Shown in pieces: positions 14,245 to 26,700 of a stretch of 64,000 bases of DNA (its first letter is position 1; each line of letters starts with the position of its first letter). The DNA lies in assembly GCF_054482525.1 (NCBI RefSeq), contig NZ_CM137006.1; one strand, written 5' to 3'. The position numbers and the translations under genes are program-made. Below the pieces are notes generated by a model. The model saw only the letters and a program-made list of their open reading frames with translations. It searched no databases and was not told where the DNA came from.

Positions 14245-14375
14245 GTTTCGTGTTGCATCTGCGTTGACTGCACATACTCACTCCGGTCACTTACTTATGT
14301 AAGCTCCCGGAGATTCGTAAGTTTGTCAACTTGCTGAAACCCGAAACAGTTAGGTTAAAGATAACAAGATATTAG
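14245..14375. repeat. ERIC/IRU-like intergenic repeat
   Basis: Reverse complement of cactccggtcacttacttatgtaagctcccggagattc closely matches the ERIC core (…GGAGCTTACATAAGTAAGTGAC…) as I recall it. Confidence 0.55.
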
Positions 14376-14472
14376 AATCAGGCCGGAGTGTTTAGCGCTC
14401 CGTAAACACGGTCGTACATCCAGCCGGTAGCCTGGTTCCTTGCATTGAGTGATGTACGGAGTTTATAGAGCA

Positions 14473-15687
14473 ATGAAATTACCGATTTATCTCGACTACT
14501 CCGCAACCACGCCGGTGGACCCGCGTGTTGCCGAGAAAATGATGCAGTTTATGACGATGGACGGAACCTTTGGTAACCCGGCCTCCCGTTCTCACCGTTT
14601 CGGCTGGCAGGCTGAAGAAGCGGTTGATATCGCCCGTAATCAGATTGCAGATCTGGTCGGCGCTGACCCGCGTGAAATCGTCTTTACCTCTGGTGCAACC
14701 GAATCTGACAACTTGGCGATCAAAGGTGCAGCCAACTTTTATCAGAAAAAAGGCAAGCACATTATCACCAGTAAAACCGAACACAAAGCGGTACTGGATA
14801 CCTGCCGTCAGCTGGAGCGCGAAGGTTTCGAAGTCACCTACCTGGCACCGCAGCGTAACGGCATTATCGACCTGAAAGAACTTGAAGCAGCGATGCGTGA
14901 CGACACCATCCTCGTTTCTATCATGCACGTGAACAACGAAATCGGCGTGGTGCAGGATATCGCGGCTATCGGCGAAATGTGCCGTGCTCGCGGCATTATC
15001 TATCACGTTGATGCAACCCAGAGCGTGGGCAAACTGCCTATCGACCTGAGCCAGTTGAAAGTTGACCTGATGTCATTCTCCGGTCACAAAATCTATGGCC
15101 CGAAAGGTATCGGTGCGCTGTATGTGCGCCGTAAACCGCGCGTACGCATCGAAGCGCAAATGCACGGCGGCGGTCACGAGCGCGGTATGCGTTCCGGCAC
15201 TCTGCCTGTTCACCAGATCGTCGGTATGGGCGAAGCCTATCGCATCGCAAAAGAAGAGATGGCGACCGAGATGGAACGTCTGCGCGGCCTGCGTAACCGT
15301 CTGTGGAACGGCATCAAAGATATCGAAGAAGTTTACCTGAACGGTGACCTGGAACACGGTGCGCCGAACATTCTCAACGTCAGCTTCAACTACGTTGAAG
15401 GTGAGTCGCTGATTATGGCGCTGAAAGACCTCGCGGTTTCTTCAGGTTCCGCCTGTACGTCAGCAAGCCTCGAACCGTCCTACGTGCTGCGCGCGCTGGG
15501 GCTGAACGACGAGCTGGCACATAGCTCTATCCGTTTCTCTTTAGGTCGTTTTACTACTGAAGAAGAGATCGACTACACCATCGAGTTAGTTCGTAAATCC
15601 ATCGGTCGTCTGCGTGACCTTTCTCCGCTGTGGGAAATGTACAAGCAGGGCGTGGATCTGAACAGCATCGAATGGGCTCATCATTAA
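14473..15687 (+). CDS. iscS: Cysteine desulfurase
   Basis: ORF 14449..15687; start at [14 protein letters not shown]; PLP-lysine motif [12 protein letters not shown]. Confidence 0.9.
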
Positions 15688-15714
15688 TCGGTATCGGAAT
15701 CAGGAGAATTTATA

Positions 15715-16101
15715 ATGGCTTACAGCGAAAAAGTTATCGACCATTACGAGAATCCGCGTAACGTGGGTTCCTTTGACAACAACGACGAGAACGTCGGCAG
15801 CGGCATGGTGGGTGCACCGGCTTGTGGCGACGTGATGAAGTTGCAGATTAAAGTCAACGATGAAGGTATCATTGAAGACGCGCGTTTTAAAACTTACGGC
15901 TGCGGTTCTGCTATCGCTTCCAGCTCCCTGGTCACCGAATGGGTGAAAGGGAAGTCTCTCGACGAAGCTCAGGCGATCAAAAACACCGATATTGCTGAAG
16001 AACTTGAACTGCCGCCGGTGAAAATTCACTGTTCTATTCTGGCAGAAGACGCGATCAAAGCCGCCATTGCGGACTATAAAAGCAAACGTGAAGCAAAATA
16101 A
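15715..16101 (+). CDS. iscU: Fe-S cluster scaffold protein
   Basis: 128 aa; conserved Cys (GAPACGD, YGCGSA) and LPPVK motif. Confidence 0.9.
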   Translation: MAYSEKVIDHYENPRNVGSFDNNDENVGSGMVGAPACGDVMKLQIKVNDEGIIEDARFKTYGCGSAIASSSLVTEWVKGKSLDEAQAIKNTDIAEELELPPVKIHCSILAEDAIKAAIADYKSKREAK

Positions 16102-16117
16102 GAGTTGAGGTTTGGTT

Positions 16118-16441
16118 ATGTCGATTACACTGAGCGACAGTGCAGCAGCGCGAGTAAATACCTTTCTGGCTAACCGCGGCAAAGGGTTTGGCCTGCGTCT
16201 GGGCGTGAGAACCTCCGGATGTTCAGGTATGGCTTATGTACTGGAATTTGTTGACGAACCGACGCCGGAAGACATCGTGTTTGAAGACAAAGGCGTGAAA
16301 GTCGTGGTCGATGGCAAAAGCCTGCAATTTCTGGACGGTACGCAACTGGACTTCGTAAAAGAAGGCCTGAACGAAGGGTTTAAATTCACCAACCCGAACG
16401 TCAAAGATGAGTGTGGTTGCGGCGAAAGCTTCCACGTCTAA
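16118..16441 (+). CDS. iscA: Fe-S cluster A-type carrier
   Basis: ORF 16112..16441; C-terminal CGCGESF motif. Confidence 0.9.
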   Translation: MSITLSDSAAARVNTFLANRGKGFGLRLGVRTSGCSGMAYVLEFVDEPTPEDIVFEDKGVKVVVDGKSLQFLDGTQLDFVKEGLNEGFKFTNPNVKDECGCGESFHV

Positions 16442-16536
16442 TGCGCATACCGATAACCCCACCGTGGTCGCCTGCGCGTGGGGTTTGTTTTACCTGATTC
16501 GCCGTTATCGCGGCGGATCGCAGCCCTGAGAATGTT

Positions 16537-17052
16537 ATGGATTACTTCACCCTCTTTGGCTTGCCTGCCCGTTATCAACTCGATACCCAGGCGCTGAGCC
16601 TGCGTTTTCAGGATCTACAACGTCAGTATCATCCTGATAAATTCGCCAGCGGAAGCCAGGCGGAACAACTCGCCGCCGTACAGCAATCTGCAACCATTAA
16701 CCAGGCCTGGCAAACGCTGCGTCATCCGTTAATGCGCGCGGAATATTTGCTTTCTTTGCACGGTTTTGATCTCGCCAGCGAGCAGCATACTGTGCGCGAC
16801 ACCGCGTTCCTGATGGAACAGCTGGAACTGCGCGAAGAACTGGACGAGATCGAACAGGCGAAAGATGAAGCGCGGCTGGAAAGCTTTATCAAACGTGTGA
16901 AAAAGATGTTTGATACCCGCCATCAGTTGATGGTTGAACAGTTAGACAACGAGACGTGGGACGCGGCGGCGGATACCGTGCGTAAGCTGCGTTTTCTCGA
17001 TAAACTGCGAAGCAGTGCCGAACAACTCGAAGAAAAACTGCTCGATTTTTAA
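16537..17052 (+). CDS. hscB: J-domain co-chaperone HscB
   Basis: 171 aa; HPD motif (YHPDKF). Confidence 0.9.
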   Translation: MDYFTLFGLPARYQLDTQALSLRFQDLQRQYHPDKFASGSQAEQLAAVQQSATINQAWQTLRHPLMRAEYLLSLHGFDLASEQHTVRDTAFLMEQLELREELDEIEQAKDEARLESFIKRVKKMFDTRHQLMVEQLDNETWDAAADTVRKLRFLDKLRSSAEQLEEKLLDF

Positions 17053-17068
17053 TTTCTGGAAGCTAAAC

Positions 17069-18919
17069 ATGGCCTTATTACAAATTAGTGAACCTGGTTT
17101 GAGTGCTGCGCCGCATCAGCGTCGTCTGGCGGCCGGTATTGACCTGGGCACAACCAACTCGCTGGTGGCGACAGTGCGCAGCGGTCAGGCCGAAACGTTA
17201 GCCGACCATGAAGGCCGTCACCTGCTGCCGTCTGTTGTTCACTATCAACAGCAAGGGCATTCGGTGGGTTATGACGCGCGTACTAACGCAGCGCTTGATA
17301 CCGCCAACACCATTAGTTCTGTTAAACGCCTGATGGGGCGCTCGCTGGCTGATATCCAGCAACGCTATCCACATCTGCCTTATCAATTCCAGGCCAGCGA
17401 AAACGGCCTGCCGATGATTGAAACGGCGGCGGGGCTGCTGAACCCGGTGCGCGTTTCTGCGGACATCCTCAAAGCACTGGCGGCGCGGGCAACTGAAGCC
17501 CTGGCAGGCGAGCTGGATGGTGTCGTTATCACCGTTCCGGCGTACTTTGACGATGCCCAGCGTCAGGGCACCAAAGACGCGGCGCGTCTGGCGGGGTTGC
17601 ATGTTCTGCGCTTACTTAACGAACCGACCGCTGCGGCTATCGCCTACGGGCTGGATTCCGGTCAGGAAGGCGTGATCGCCGTTTATGACCTCGGCGGCGG
17701 GACGTTTGATATTTCCATTCTGCGCTTAAGTCGCGGCGTGTTTGAAGTGCTGGCGACCGGCGGTGATTCCGCGCTCGGCGGCGATGATTTCGACCATCTG
17801 CTGGCGGATTACATTCGCGAGCAGGCGGGCATTCCTGATCGTAGCGATAACCGCGTTCAGCGTGAACTGCTGGATGCCGCCATTGCAGCCAAAATCGCGC
17901 TGAGCGATGCGGACTCCGTGACCGTTAACGTTGCGGGCTGGCAGGGCGAAATCAGCCGTGAACAATTCAATGAACTGATCGCGCCACTGGTAAAACGAAC
18001 CTTACTGGCTTGTCGTCGCGCGCTGAAAGACGCTGGCGTAGAAGCTGATGAAGTGCTGGAAGTGGTGATGGTTGGCGGTTCTACTCGCGTGCCGCTGGTG
18101 CGTGAACGAGTAGGCGAATTTTTCGGTCGTCCACCGCTGACTTCTATCGACCCGGATAAAGTCGTCGCTATTGGCGCGGCGATTCAGGCGGATATTCTGG
18201 TGGGTAACAAGCCGGACAGCGAAATGCTGTTGCTTGATGTGATCCCACTGTCGCTGGGCCTCGAAACGATGGGCGGCCTGGTGGAGAAAGTGATTCCGCG
18301 TAATACCACTATTCCTGTGGCCCGCGCTCAGGATTTCACCACCTTTAAAGATGGTCAGACGGCGATGTCTATCCATGTAATGCAGGGTGAGCGCGAACTG
18401 GTGCAGGACTGCCGCTCACTGGCGCGTTTTGCGCTGCGTGGTATTCCGGCGCTACCGGCTGGCGGTGCGCATATTCGCGTGACGTTCCAGGTCGATGCCG
18501 ACGGTCTTTTGAGCGTGACGGCGATGGAGAAATCCACCGGCGTTGAGGCGTCTATTCAGGTCAAACCGTCTTATGGTCTGACCGACAGCGAAATCGCCTC
18601 GATGATCAAAGACTCAATGAGCTATGCCGAGCAGGACGTAAAAGCCCGTATGCTGGCAGAACAAAAAGTAGAAGCGGCGCGTGTGCTGGAAAGTTTGCAC
18701 GGCGCGCTGGCTGCTGATGCCGCGCTGTTAAGCACCGCAGAGCGTCAGGTCATTGACGATGCTGCCGCTCACCTGAGTGAAGTGGCGCAGGGCGATGATG
18801 TTGACGCCATCGAACAAGCGATTAAAAACGTAGACAAACAAACCCAGGATTTCGCCGCTCGCCGCATGGACCAGTCGGTTCGTCGTGCGCTGAAAGGCCA
18901 TTCCGTGGACGAGGTTTAA
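17069..18919 (+). CDS. hscA: Hsp70-family chaperone HscA
   Basis: ORF 17015..18919; start at MALLQISEP; Hsp70 motifs [15 protein letters not shown]. Confidence 0.9.
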   Translation: MALLQISEPGLSAAPHQRRLAAGIDLGTTNSLVATVRSGQAETLADHEGRHLLPSVVHYQQQGHSVGYDARTNAALDTANTISSVKRLMGRSLADIQQRYPHLPYQFQASENGLPMIETAAGLLNPVRVSADILKALAARATEALAGELDGVVITVPAYFDDAQRQGTKDAARLAGLHVLRLLNEPTAAAIAYGLDSGQEGVIAVYDLGGGTFDISILRLSRGVFEVLATGGDSALGGDDFDHLLADYIREQAGIPDRSDNRVQRELLDAAIAAKIALSDADSVTVNVAGWQGEISREQFNELIAPLVKRTLLACRRALKDAGVEADEVLEVVMVGGSTRVPLVRERVGEFFGRPPLTSIDPDKVVAIGAAIQADILVGNKPDSEMLLLDVIPLSLGLETMGGLVEKVIPRNTTIPVARAQDFTTFKDGQTAMSIHVMQGERELVQDCRSLARFALRGIPALPAGGAHIRVTFQVDADGLLSVTAMEKSTGVEASIQVKPSYGLTDSEIASMIKDSMSYAEQDVKARMLAEQKVEAARVLESLHGALAADAALLSTAERQVIDDAAAHLSEVAQGDDVDAIEQAIKNVDKQTQDFAARRMDQSVRRALKGHSVDEV

Positions 18920-18920
18920 T

Positions 18921-19256
18921 ATGCCAAAGATTGTTATTTTGCCTCATCAGGATCTCTGCCCTGATGGCGCTGTTCTGGAAGCGAATAGTGGTGAAACCAT
19001 TCTCGACGTTGCGCTGCGTAACGGTATCGAGATTGAACACGCCTGTGAAAAATCCTGTGCTTGCACCACCTGCCACTGCATCGTTCGCGAAGGTTTTGAC
19101 TCGCTGCCGGAAAGCTCAGAGCAGGAAGACGACATGCTGGACAAAGCCTGGGGACTGGAGCCGGAAAGCCGTTTAAGCTGCCAGGCGCGCGTTACCGACG
19201 AAGATTTAGTGGTCGAAATCCCGCGTTACACTATCAACCATGCGCGTGAGCATTAA
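18921..19256 (+). CDS. fdx: [2Fe-2S] ferredoxin
   Basis: 111 aa; Cys ligands C-x5-C-x2-C…C. Confidence 0.9.
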
Positions 19257-19267
19257 CAGAGGTTAGT

Positions 19268-19468
19268 ATGGGACTTAAGTGGACCGATAGCCGCGAAATT
19301 GGCGAAGCACTGTACGATGCGTATCCCGATCTTGATCCGAAAACGGTTCGATTCACCGATATGCATCAGTGGATTTGCGATCTGGAAGATTTCGACGACG
19401 ACCCGCAGGCATCTAACGAAAAAATCCTCGAAGCGATTTTGTTAGTCTGGCTTGACGAAGCCGAGTGA
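19268..19468 (+). CDS. iscX: Fe-S assembly protein IscX
   Basis: 66 aa acidic protein immediately after fdx. Confidence 0.85.
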
Positions 19469-19712
19469 TTTCCGCGTCATGCTTCACGCCGCAGATGCGT
19501 TGGCTGCGCTCGTTCACCCCAGTCACATAGTTATCTATGCTCCTGGGGCTTCACTCACTTGCCGCGTGATTCGGCCTTTTGGCCTCACCCCTCCGGGGCC
19601 AGCGCAAGCGCTGTTCAAAACGCAATGCGTTTTGTCCTGCAACGCGAATCATTTAGCGGAAAAATCCTGGGGCTGCCAACTGGCGGCCCTTTTACAAAGA
19701 AGGATAACTAGA

Positions 19713-20996
19713 ATGACAGAAGCGATGAAGATTACCCTCTCTACCCAACCTGCCGACGCGCGCTGGGGAGAAAAAGCGACTTACAGCATTAATAATGATG
19801 GCATTACCCTGCATTTGAACGGGACAGACGATCTGGGGCTGATCCAGCGTGCGGCGCGCAAGATTGACGGTCTGGGCATCAAGCATGTTCAGTTAAGCGG
19901 TGAAGACTGGGATGCGGATCGCTGCTGGGCATTCTGGCAAGGTTACAAAGCCCCGAAAGGCACACGTAAAGTGGAGTGGCCGGATCTGGACGATGCCCAG
20001 CGCCAGGAACTGGATAACCGCCTGATGATCATCGACTGGGTGCGTGACACCATTAACGCACCGGCGGAAGAGTTGGGGCCATCGCAACTGGCACAGCGTG
20101 CTGTTGATCTGATCAGCAACGTCGCAGGCGATCGTGTGACTTATCGGATCACCAAAGGTGAAGATCTGCGTGATCAAGGTTATATGGGGCTGCACACGGT
20201 CGGGCGCGGTTCAGAACGTTCCCCGGTATTGCTGGCGCTGGATTACAACCCAACAGGCGATAAAGAAGCGCCAGTGTACGCGTGCCTGGTTGGTAAAGGC
20301 ATCACCTTTGATTCCGGCGGCTACAGTATCAAACAGACCGCATTTATGGACTCGATGAAGTCGGACATGGGCGGCGCGGCAACGGTTACCGGAGCGCTGG
20401 CGTTTGCCATTACGCGCGGACTGAACAAGCGCGTGAAGCTGTTCCTCTGCTGTGCGGATAACCTGATCAGCGGCAACGCGTTCAAACTGGGCGATATTAT
20501 TACCTATCGCAACGGTAAAAAAGTTGAAGTGATGAACACTGATGCGGAAGGGCGTCTGGTGCTGGCCGATGGCCTGATTGATGCCAGTGCGCAGAAACCG
20601 GAACTGATCATTGATGCGGCGACCCTCACCGGGGCGGCGAAAACTGCGCTGGGTAATGATTATCACGCGCTGTTCAGTTTTGACGATGCGCTTGCCGGTC
20701 GCTTGCTGGCGAGTGCCGCGCAGGAGAATGAACCGTTCTGGCGTCTGCCGCTGGCGGAGTTCCACCGCAGCCAGCTGCCGTCTAACTTTGCCGAACTGAA
20801 CAATACCGGAAGCGCGGCGTACCCGGCAGGTGCGAGCACGGCGGCGGGCTTCCTGTCGCACTTTGTTGAGAACTATCAGCAAGGCTGGCTGCATATCGAC
20901 TGCTCGGCGACTTACCGTAAAGCGCCGGTTGAACAGTGGTCTGCGGGTGCTACGGGACTTGGTGTGCGCACGATTGCTAATCTGTTAACGGCGTAA
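19713..20996 (+). CDS. pepB: Peptidase B (M17 leucyl aminopeptidase family)
   Basis: ORF 19452..20996; start at MTEAMKITL (427 aa); M17 motif NTDAEGRL. Confidence 0.85.
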   Translation: MTEAMKITLSTQPADARWGEKATYSINNDGITLHLNGTDDLGLIQRAARKIDGLGIKHVQLSGEDWDADRCWAFWQGYKAPKGTRKVEWPDLDDAQRQELDNRLMIIDWVRDTINAPAEELGPSQLAQRAVDLISNVAGDRVTYRITKGEDLRDQGYMGLHTVGRGSERSPVLLALDYNPTGDKEAPVYACLVGKGITFDSGGYSIKQTAFMDSMKSDMGGAATVTGALAFAITRGLNKRVKLFLCCADNLISGNAFKLGDIITYRNGKKVEVMNTDAEGRLVLADGLIDASAQKPELIIDAATLTGAAKTALGNDYHALFSFDDALAGRLLASAAQENEPFWRLPLAEFHRSQLPSNFAELNNTGSAAYPAGASTAAGFLSHFVENYQQGWLHIDCSATYRKAPVEQWSAGATGLGVRTIANLLTA

Positions 20997-20999
20997 ACT

Positions 21000-21105
<106 letters not shown>

Positions 21106-21137
21106 GTGCCCCGAACGTTGAATGAATTGTGGTTCTT

Positions 21138-21914
21138 ATGTCCGAAACAAAAAACGAACTTGAAGATCTGCTGGAAAAAGCAGCAACCGAACCGGCGCAC
21201 CGCCCGGCCTTTTTCCGTACGCTACTGGAATCCACCGTCTGGGTGCCTGGTACGGCGGCGCAGGGCGAGGCTGTGGTTGAAGATAGCGCGCTTGATTTAC
21301 AGCACTGGGAAAAAGAAGATGGCACCAGCGTCATTCCTTTTTTCACCTCGTTAGAAGCACTTCAACAGGCGGTTGAAGACGAACAGGCATTTGTCGTAAT
21401 GCCCGTTCGCACATTGTTTGAGATGACCCTTGGCGAAACGCTCTTCCTTAATGCCAAACTGCCAACCGGTAAAGAATTTATGCCGCGTGAAATCAGTTTG
21501 TTGATTGGTGAAGAAGGAAATCCGCTGAGCAGCCAGGAAGTACTGGAGGGCGGTGAATCGCTGATATTATCGGAAGTCGCAGAGCCACCAGCACAAATGA
21601 TTGATTCACTCACCACCTTATTTAAAACTATTAAGCCGGTGAAGCGTGCTTTTATTTGTTCAATTAAAGAGAACGAAGAGGCACAGCCTAATTTACTTAT
21701 TGGCATTGAAGCCGATGGTGATATCGAAGAAATTATTCAGGCGGCGGGAAGTGTAGCGACCGATACATTACCTGGCGATGAACCCATCGATATTTGTCAG
21801 GTGAAAAAAGGGGAAAAAGGAATTAGCCACTTTATTACCGAACATATTGCGCCATTCTATGAACGTCGCTGGGGTGGCTTTTTGCGTGACTTTAAACAGA
21901 ACCGGATAATCTAA
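21138..21914 (+). CDS. sseB: Enhanced serine sensitivity protein SseB
   Basis: ORF 21129..21914; start at MSETKNEL; conserved neighbourhood. Confidence 0.8.
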   Translation: MSETKNELEDLLEKAATEPAHRPAFFRTLLESTVWVPGTAAQGEAVVEDSALDLQHWEKEDGTSVIPFFTSLEALQQAVEDEQAFVVMPVRTLFEMTLGETLFLNAKLPTGKEFMPREISLLIGEEGNPLSSQEVLEGGESLILSEVAEPPAQMIDSLTTLFKTIKPVKRAFICSIKENEEAQPNLLIGIEADGDIEEIIQAAGSVATDTLPGDEPIDICQVKKGEKGISHFITEHIAPFYERRWGGFLRDFKQNRII

Positions 21915-21945
21915 AATATGCCGCCCCAAAGGGCGGCATTCGGGC
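21915..21945. terminator. Bidirectional rho-independent terminator (sseB and convergent small-ORF transcript)
   Basis: Hairpin gccgccccaaagggcggc flanked by A-run on one side and T-rich on the other. Confidence 0.6.
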
Positions 21946-22083
21946 TTACTTGCTGCTCTGAAGTTTGTTAACCACCAGTAAATTGTTACCGGAGAGACTC
22001 CGGTTATTATTTACCTCGGTTAACAGCGCACCAGAAACAATAAGTACGATACAAAAGCACCGTATCTTCATTGTGCGGTCCAT
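21946..22083 (-). CDS. Small hydrophobic peptide (candidate type I toxin, TimP-like) inside RyfA-like transcript
   Basis: Minus-strand ORF MDRTMKIRCFCIVLIVSGALLTEVNNNRSLSGNNLLVVNKLQSSK; hydrophobic core; followed by terminator hairpin; absent from supplied ORF track (below length cut-off). Confidence 0.4.
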   Translation of the reverse strand: MDRTMKIRCFCIVLIVSGALLTEVNNNRSLSGNNLLVVNKLQSSK

Positions 22084-22665
22084 GCGAAGACCGCATCACG
22101 ACAGCACCACTGGCGATATTGCCGCGATAGCAAGCGCTGAGACGCGCTTGCCCTAACGGTCGCGGAACATCCTTTCCTTGAGCCAGCGCCCGCTTGCGAG
22201 ACGGCGGAAAGGGCCGGTGTCGATAATACGCTAAATAAACAATGATTACTCTCTTTCGCTTGACAAAAAGAGAGTTACTGGCGAGTATTGTGTCCGCTGA
22301 GACGCGCTTGCATTACTACGGTAATACAATCTGCTGGAAAGGCCGCGAACCAAACCAGCAACAAATAACCGCCTGATTTTGGCGGTTTTTTGTTGCTTAA
22401 AGAAAGTGAATTTACATGTTTAAGTAATATCTTTTACCGGTTAGTATTTTTAATATTGAGCGGGATTTGTTTATATTTGTCTGAATTCGGACTGATAAGC
22501 CAAATGAATTCAAAATCTATCCTTTTTTATCTACTTGACATCGTTGATGCATAAAGCGAGTATTGAGTAGACGAGATACACTTGCAGTAATACAATCTGC
22601 TGGAAAGGCCGCGAACCAGACCAGCAATAAAAAACCGCCAAATTCGGCGGTTTTTTATTGCCTGT
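22084..22665. ncRNA. ryfA: RyfA-family small RNA locus with repeated sRNA-like units and terminator hairpins
   Basis: No long ORF; three related units sharing gctgagacgcgcttgc / aatacaatctgctggaaaggccgcgaacca; hairpin+U-run terminators at 22363-22392 and 22630-22662. Confidence 0.5.
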
Positions 22666-22672
22666 AAAAAGC

Positions 22673-23518
22673 TTATTTTACGGGCTCAACCGGTAAATCT
22701 GCTCGTGCGCCCCATTCACTCCATGCGCCGTCGTACAGTTTCACGTTTGGCACATCCAGCGTCGCGAGTGCCAACAAAACCACGGCTGCCGTTACACCAG
22801 AGCCGCAGCTGACGATAATCGGTTTGTCATAGCTGACGCCGCGACTAAAAAATATCGCATCCAGTTCATCGGTCGTTTTTAGTTCGCCTTCGCGCACCAG
22901 TTCCGTCCACGGAACGTTCAATGCACCGGGAATATGTCCGCGACGTAAACCTGGGCGAGGTTCATCAACTTCTGCGTTAAAACGTGCAGCCGGGCGGGCA
23001 TCAATAATTTGCGCCGTATTTTCATGGCTTGCCAATAACACATCGGTGACTTTCACCACGGCTTCAGGATTAAACTTGGCGTTAAACTCTCCTTCCGGCA
23101 GCTCTACTGCACCTTCTTCTAACAGCAGATCATCGCGCTGCCAGCCTGCAAGTCCACCCCCCAGAATCGACACTTTCTCTACACCAAAGGTGCGCAGCAT
23201 CCACCATGCTCGTGGGGCTGAGAAAAGATTACCTTCGTCATAGACAATCAGGTGCTTATCCTGGTTAACGCCTAACTCACGCATCGCCACGGCGAACGTT
23301 TCCGGGCGCGGCAGCATGTGCGGAAGCGGGGAAGTGTGATCAGAAAGCGCTTCGATATCAAAAAACACTGCGCCGGGAATATGTCCATTCAGATACTCCT
23401 GAGCAACGTTACGATCTTCCTGTCCAGGCGACGCCATGCGGGCATCGATAATCTGAATTTCCGGGTCATCAATATGTTCGGCGAGCCAGTCGGCTCCTAC
23501 AAACCATGTCGTGGACAT
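22673..23518 (-). CDS. sseA: 3-mercaptopyruvate sulfurtransferase (tandem rhodanese)
   Basis: ORF 22673..23677; start at MSTTWFVGADWL (281 aa); active-site CGSGVTA. Confidence 0.85.
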   Translation of the reverse strand: MSTTWFVGADWLAEHIDDPEIQIIDARMASPGQEDRNVAQEYLNGHIPGAVFFDIEALSDHTSPLPHMLPRPETFAVAMRELGVNQDKHLIVYDEGNLFSAPRAWWMLRTFGVEKVSILGGGLAGWQRDDLLLEEGAVELPEGEFNAKFNPEAVVKVTDVLLASHENTAQIIDARPAARFNAEVDEPRPGLRRGHIPGALNVPWTELVREGELKTTDELDAIFFSRGVSYDKPIIVSCGSGVTAAVVLLALATLDVPNVKLYDGAWSEWGARADLPVEPVK

Positions 23519-23724
23519 AGGCATCTCCATTTTTGCCGGGGTTAGGCTAAATTGTCGGATGTTTAGTGAAATGCGACAAGCAAAAGAGGCTGATTTGGCT
23601 GTCTGAGCCACAATTCTCACTAAAATTCGGATTGTATGGGCGTGATACTGAATTACATAACGTAAATTCTCACGCATAATAATTATTCGACGTTGCTAAC
23701 GGGCCATTGTGGCAGGGATGAAAA

Positions 23725-26700
23725 ATGAAAAAGTTACGCGTAGCCGCCTGCATGCTAATGCTGGCGCTGGCAGGGTGCGACAACAACGATAACGCGCCAA
23801 CAGCGGTGAAAAAAGATGCGCCTTCTGAAGTTACTAAAGCGGCCTCTTCAGAAAACGTGAGTTCAGCAAAACTTTCCGCGCCGGAGCGACAAAAACTGGC
23901 CCAACAGAGTGCCGGTAAGGCGCTGACATTGCTGGATCTCTCTGAAGTTCAACTTGATGGCGCAGCCGCGCTGGTGCTGACGTTCTCCATTCCTCTCGAC
24001 CCGGATCAGGATTTCTCACGCGTTATCCATGTCGTCGATAAGAAAAGCGGCAAAGTGGATGGTGCCTGGGAGCTGTCAGATAATCTTAAAGAGTTGCGTT
24101 TACGCCACCTCGAACCGAAACGTGATTTGATCGTCACTATTGGCAAGGAGGTCAAAGCACTCAACAACGCAACCTTCAGTAAAGATTACGAAAAAACTAT
24201 AACTACCCGCGATATCCAACCCAGCGTCGGTTTTGCCAGCCGTGGTTCGTTGTTACCTGGTAAAGTTATTGAAGGGCTGCCGGTAATGGCGCTCAACGTT
24301 AACAATGTTGATGTTAACTTCTTCCGTGTGAAGCCCGAATCTCTGCCTGCATTCATTAGCCAATGGGAATACCGCAATTCGCTGGCGAACTGGCAGTCTG
24401 AAAAACTGCTGCAGATGGCGGATCTGGTTTATACCGGACGGTTTGATCTCAATCCTGCGCGTAACACCCGTGAAAAATTATTGCTGCCGCTGGGTGATAT
24501 CAAACCGCTTCAGCAGGCAGGCGTGTATCTGGCTGTGATGAATCAGGCTGGACGTTACGATTACAGTAATCCCGCGACGCTGTTTACGTTAAGTGATATC
24601 GGCGTTTCAGCTCACCGTTATCACAATCGTCTGGATATCTTTACCCAAAGTCTGGAAAACGGCGCGGCCCAGCAAGGAATAGAAGTCTCTTTATTAAATG
24701 AGAAAGGGCAGACTCTGACTCAGGCAACCAGTGATGCTCAGGGGCATGTGCAGCTGGAAAATGATAAAAACGCGGCATTACTGCTGGCGCGTAAAGACGG
24801 TCAGACAACGCTACTCGATTTAAAACTTCCGGCGCTGGACTTAGCAGAATTTAACATTGCTGGCGCGCCAGGCTATAGCAAACAGTTTTTCATGTTTGGC
24901 CCGCGCGATCTTTATCGCCCTGGTGAAACAGTCATCCTCAATGGTTTATTGCGTGATGCAGATGGTAAAGCATTGCCCGATCAACCCATCAAGTTAGACG
25001 TGATTAAACCCGACGGGCAGGTACTCAGGAGCGTCGTTAGTCAGCCGGAGAATGGCCTCTACCACTTTACCTGGCCACTCGATAGCAATGCGGCAACCGG
25101 TATGTGGCATATTCGCGCTAACACGGGCGATAACCAGTACCGGATGTGGGATTTCCACGTCGAAGATTTTATGCCAGAGCGCATGGCGCTGAATCTGACC
25201 GGTGAGAAAACCCCGCTAACGCCGAAAGATGAAGTGAAATTCTTCGTGGTGGGGTACTACCTGTATGGTGCGCCTGCTAATGGTAATACTTTGCAAGGGC
25301 AACTTTTCCTGCGCCCACTGCGTGAAGCTGTGTCAGCCTTACCTGGTTTCGAATTCGGCGATATAGCTGCCGAAAATCTTTCCCGCACGCTGGATGAAGT
25401 TCAGTTGACGCTGGATGATAAAGGGCGTGGCGAAGTTTCTACAGAAAGCCAGTGGAAGGAAACGCATTCCCCATTGCAGGTTATTTTCCAGGGTAGTTTG
25501 CTGGAATCGGGCGGTCGCCCGGTGACGCGCCGCGCTGAGCAGGCTATCTGGCCTGCCGATGCATTGCCGGGGATCCGTCCGCAGTTCGCCTCGAAATCGG
25601 TTTACGATTATCGCACTGACAGCACGGTGAAACAGCCCATTGTTGATGAAGACAGTAACGCCGCTTTTGACATCGTTTATAGCGATGCGCAAGGCGTGAA
25701 AAAAGCCGTGTCGGGCTTGCAGGTGCGCCTGATTCGCGAACGCCGCGATTACTACTGGAACTGGTCAGAAGATGAAGGCTGGCAATCACAGTTTGATCAA
25801 AAAGATCTGATTGAAAATGAACAAACTCTGGATCTGAAAGCGGACGAAACCGGCAAGGTCAGTTTCCCGGTAGAGTGGGGCGCTTATCGTCTGGAAGTCA
25901 AAGCGCCGAATGAAGCGGTCAGTAGTGTGCGTTTCTGGGCTGGCTATAGCTGGCAGGACAACAGCGACGGGAGCGGTGCCGTGCGACCCGACCGTGTCAC
26001 GCTGAAACTGGATAAAGCCAGTTATCGCCCTGGCGATACCATTAAGTTGCATATTGCCGCGCCAACGGCGGGTAAAGGTTATGCGATGGTCGAGTCCAGT
26101 GAAGGGCCGCTGTGGTGGCAAGAGATTGATGTTTCGGCTCAAGGGCTGGATCTGACGATTCCGGTCGATAAAACCTGGAATCGTCATGATCTGTATTTAA
26201 GTACGCTGGTGGTACGTCCTGGCGATAAATCTCGCTCCGCGACGCCAAAACGCGCGGTTGGGGTGTTGCATCTGCCGCTTGGTGATGAAAACCGTCGCCT
26301 CGATCTGGCGCTGGAAACCCCCACCCAAATGCGCCCCAATCAGCCATTAACCGTGAAAATTAAAGCCAGCAATAAAAACGGTGAGATGCCAAAACAGGTG
26401 AATGTGCTGGTGTCTGCCGTTGATAGCGGTGTGCTGAATATTACTGATTACGTTACCCCCGATCCGTGGCAGGCGTTCTTTGGTCAGAAACGCTATGGTG
26501 CAGACATTTACGATATTTACGGTCAGGTCATTGAAGGTCAGGGGCGTCTGGCAGCTCTGCGTTTTGGTGGCGATGGTGATGAGCTGAAACGTGGTGGTAA
26601 ACCGCCGGTCAATCACGTCAAAATTGTCGCGCAGCAGGCGCTGCCGGTAACGCTCAACGAACAGGGTGAAGGCTCGGTTACACTGCCGATTGGTGATTTT

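Noticed and set aside
19469-19712. 244-bp iscX-pepB spacer, possible small RNA or leader ORF
   Set aside because: Only a spurious upstream extension of the pepB frame and no clear promoter/terminator pair; insufficient evidence.
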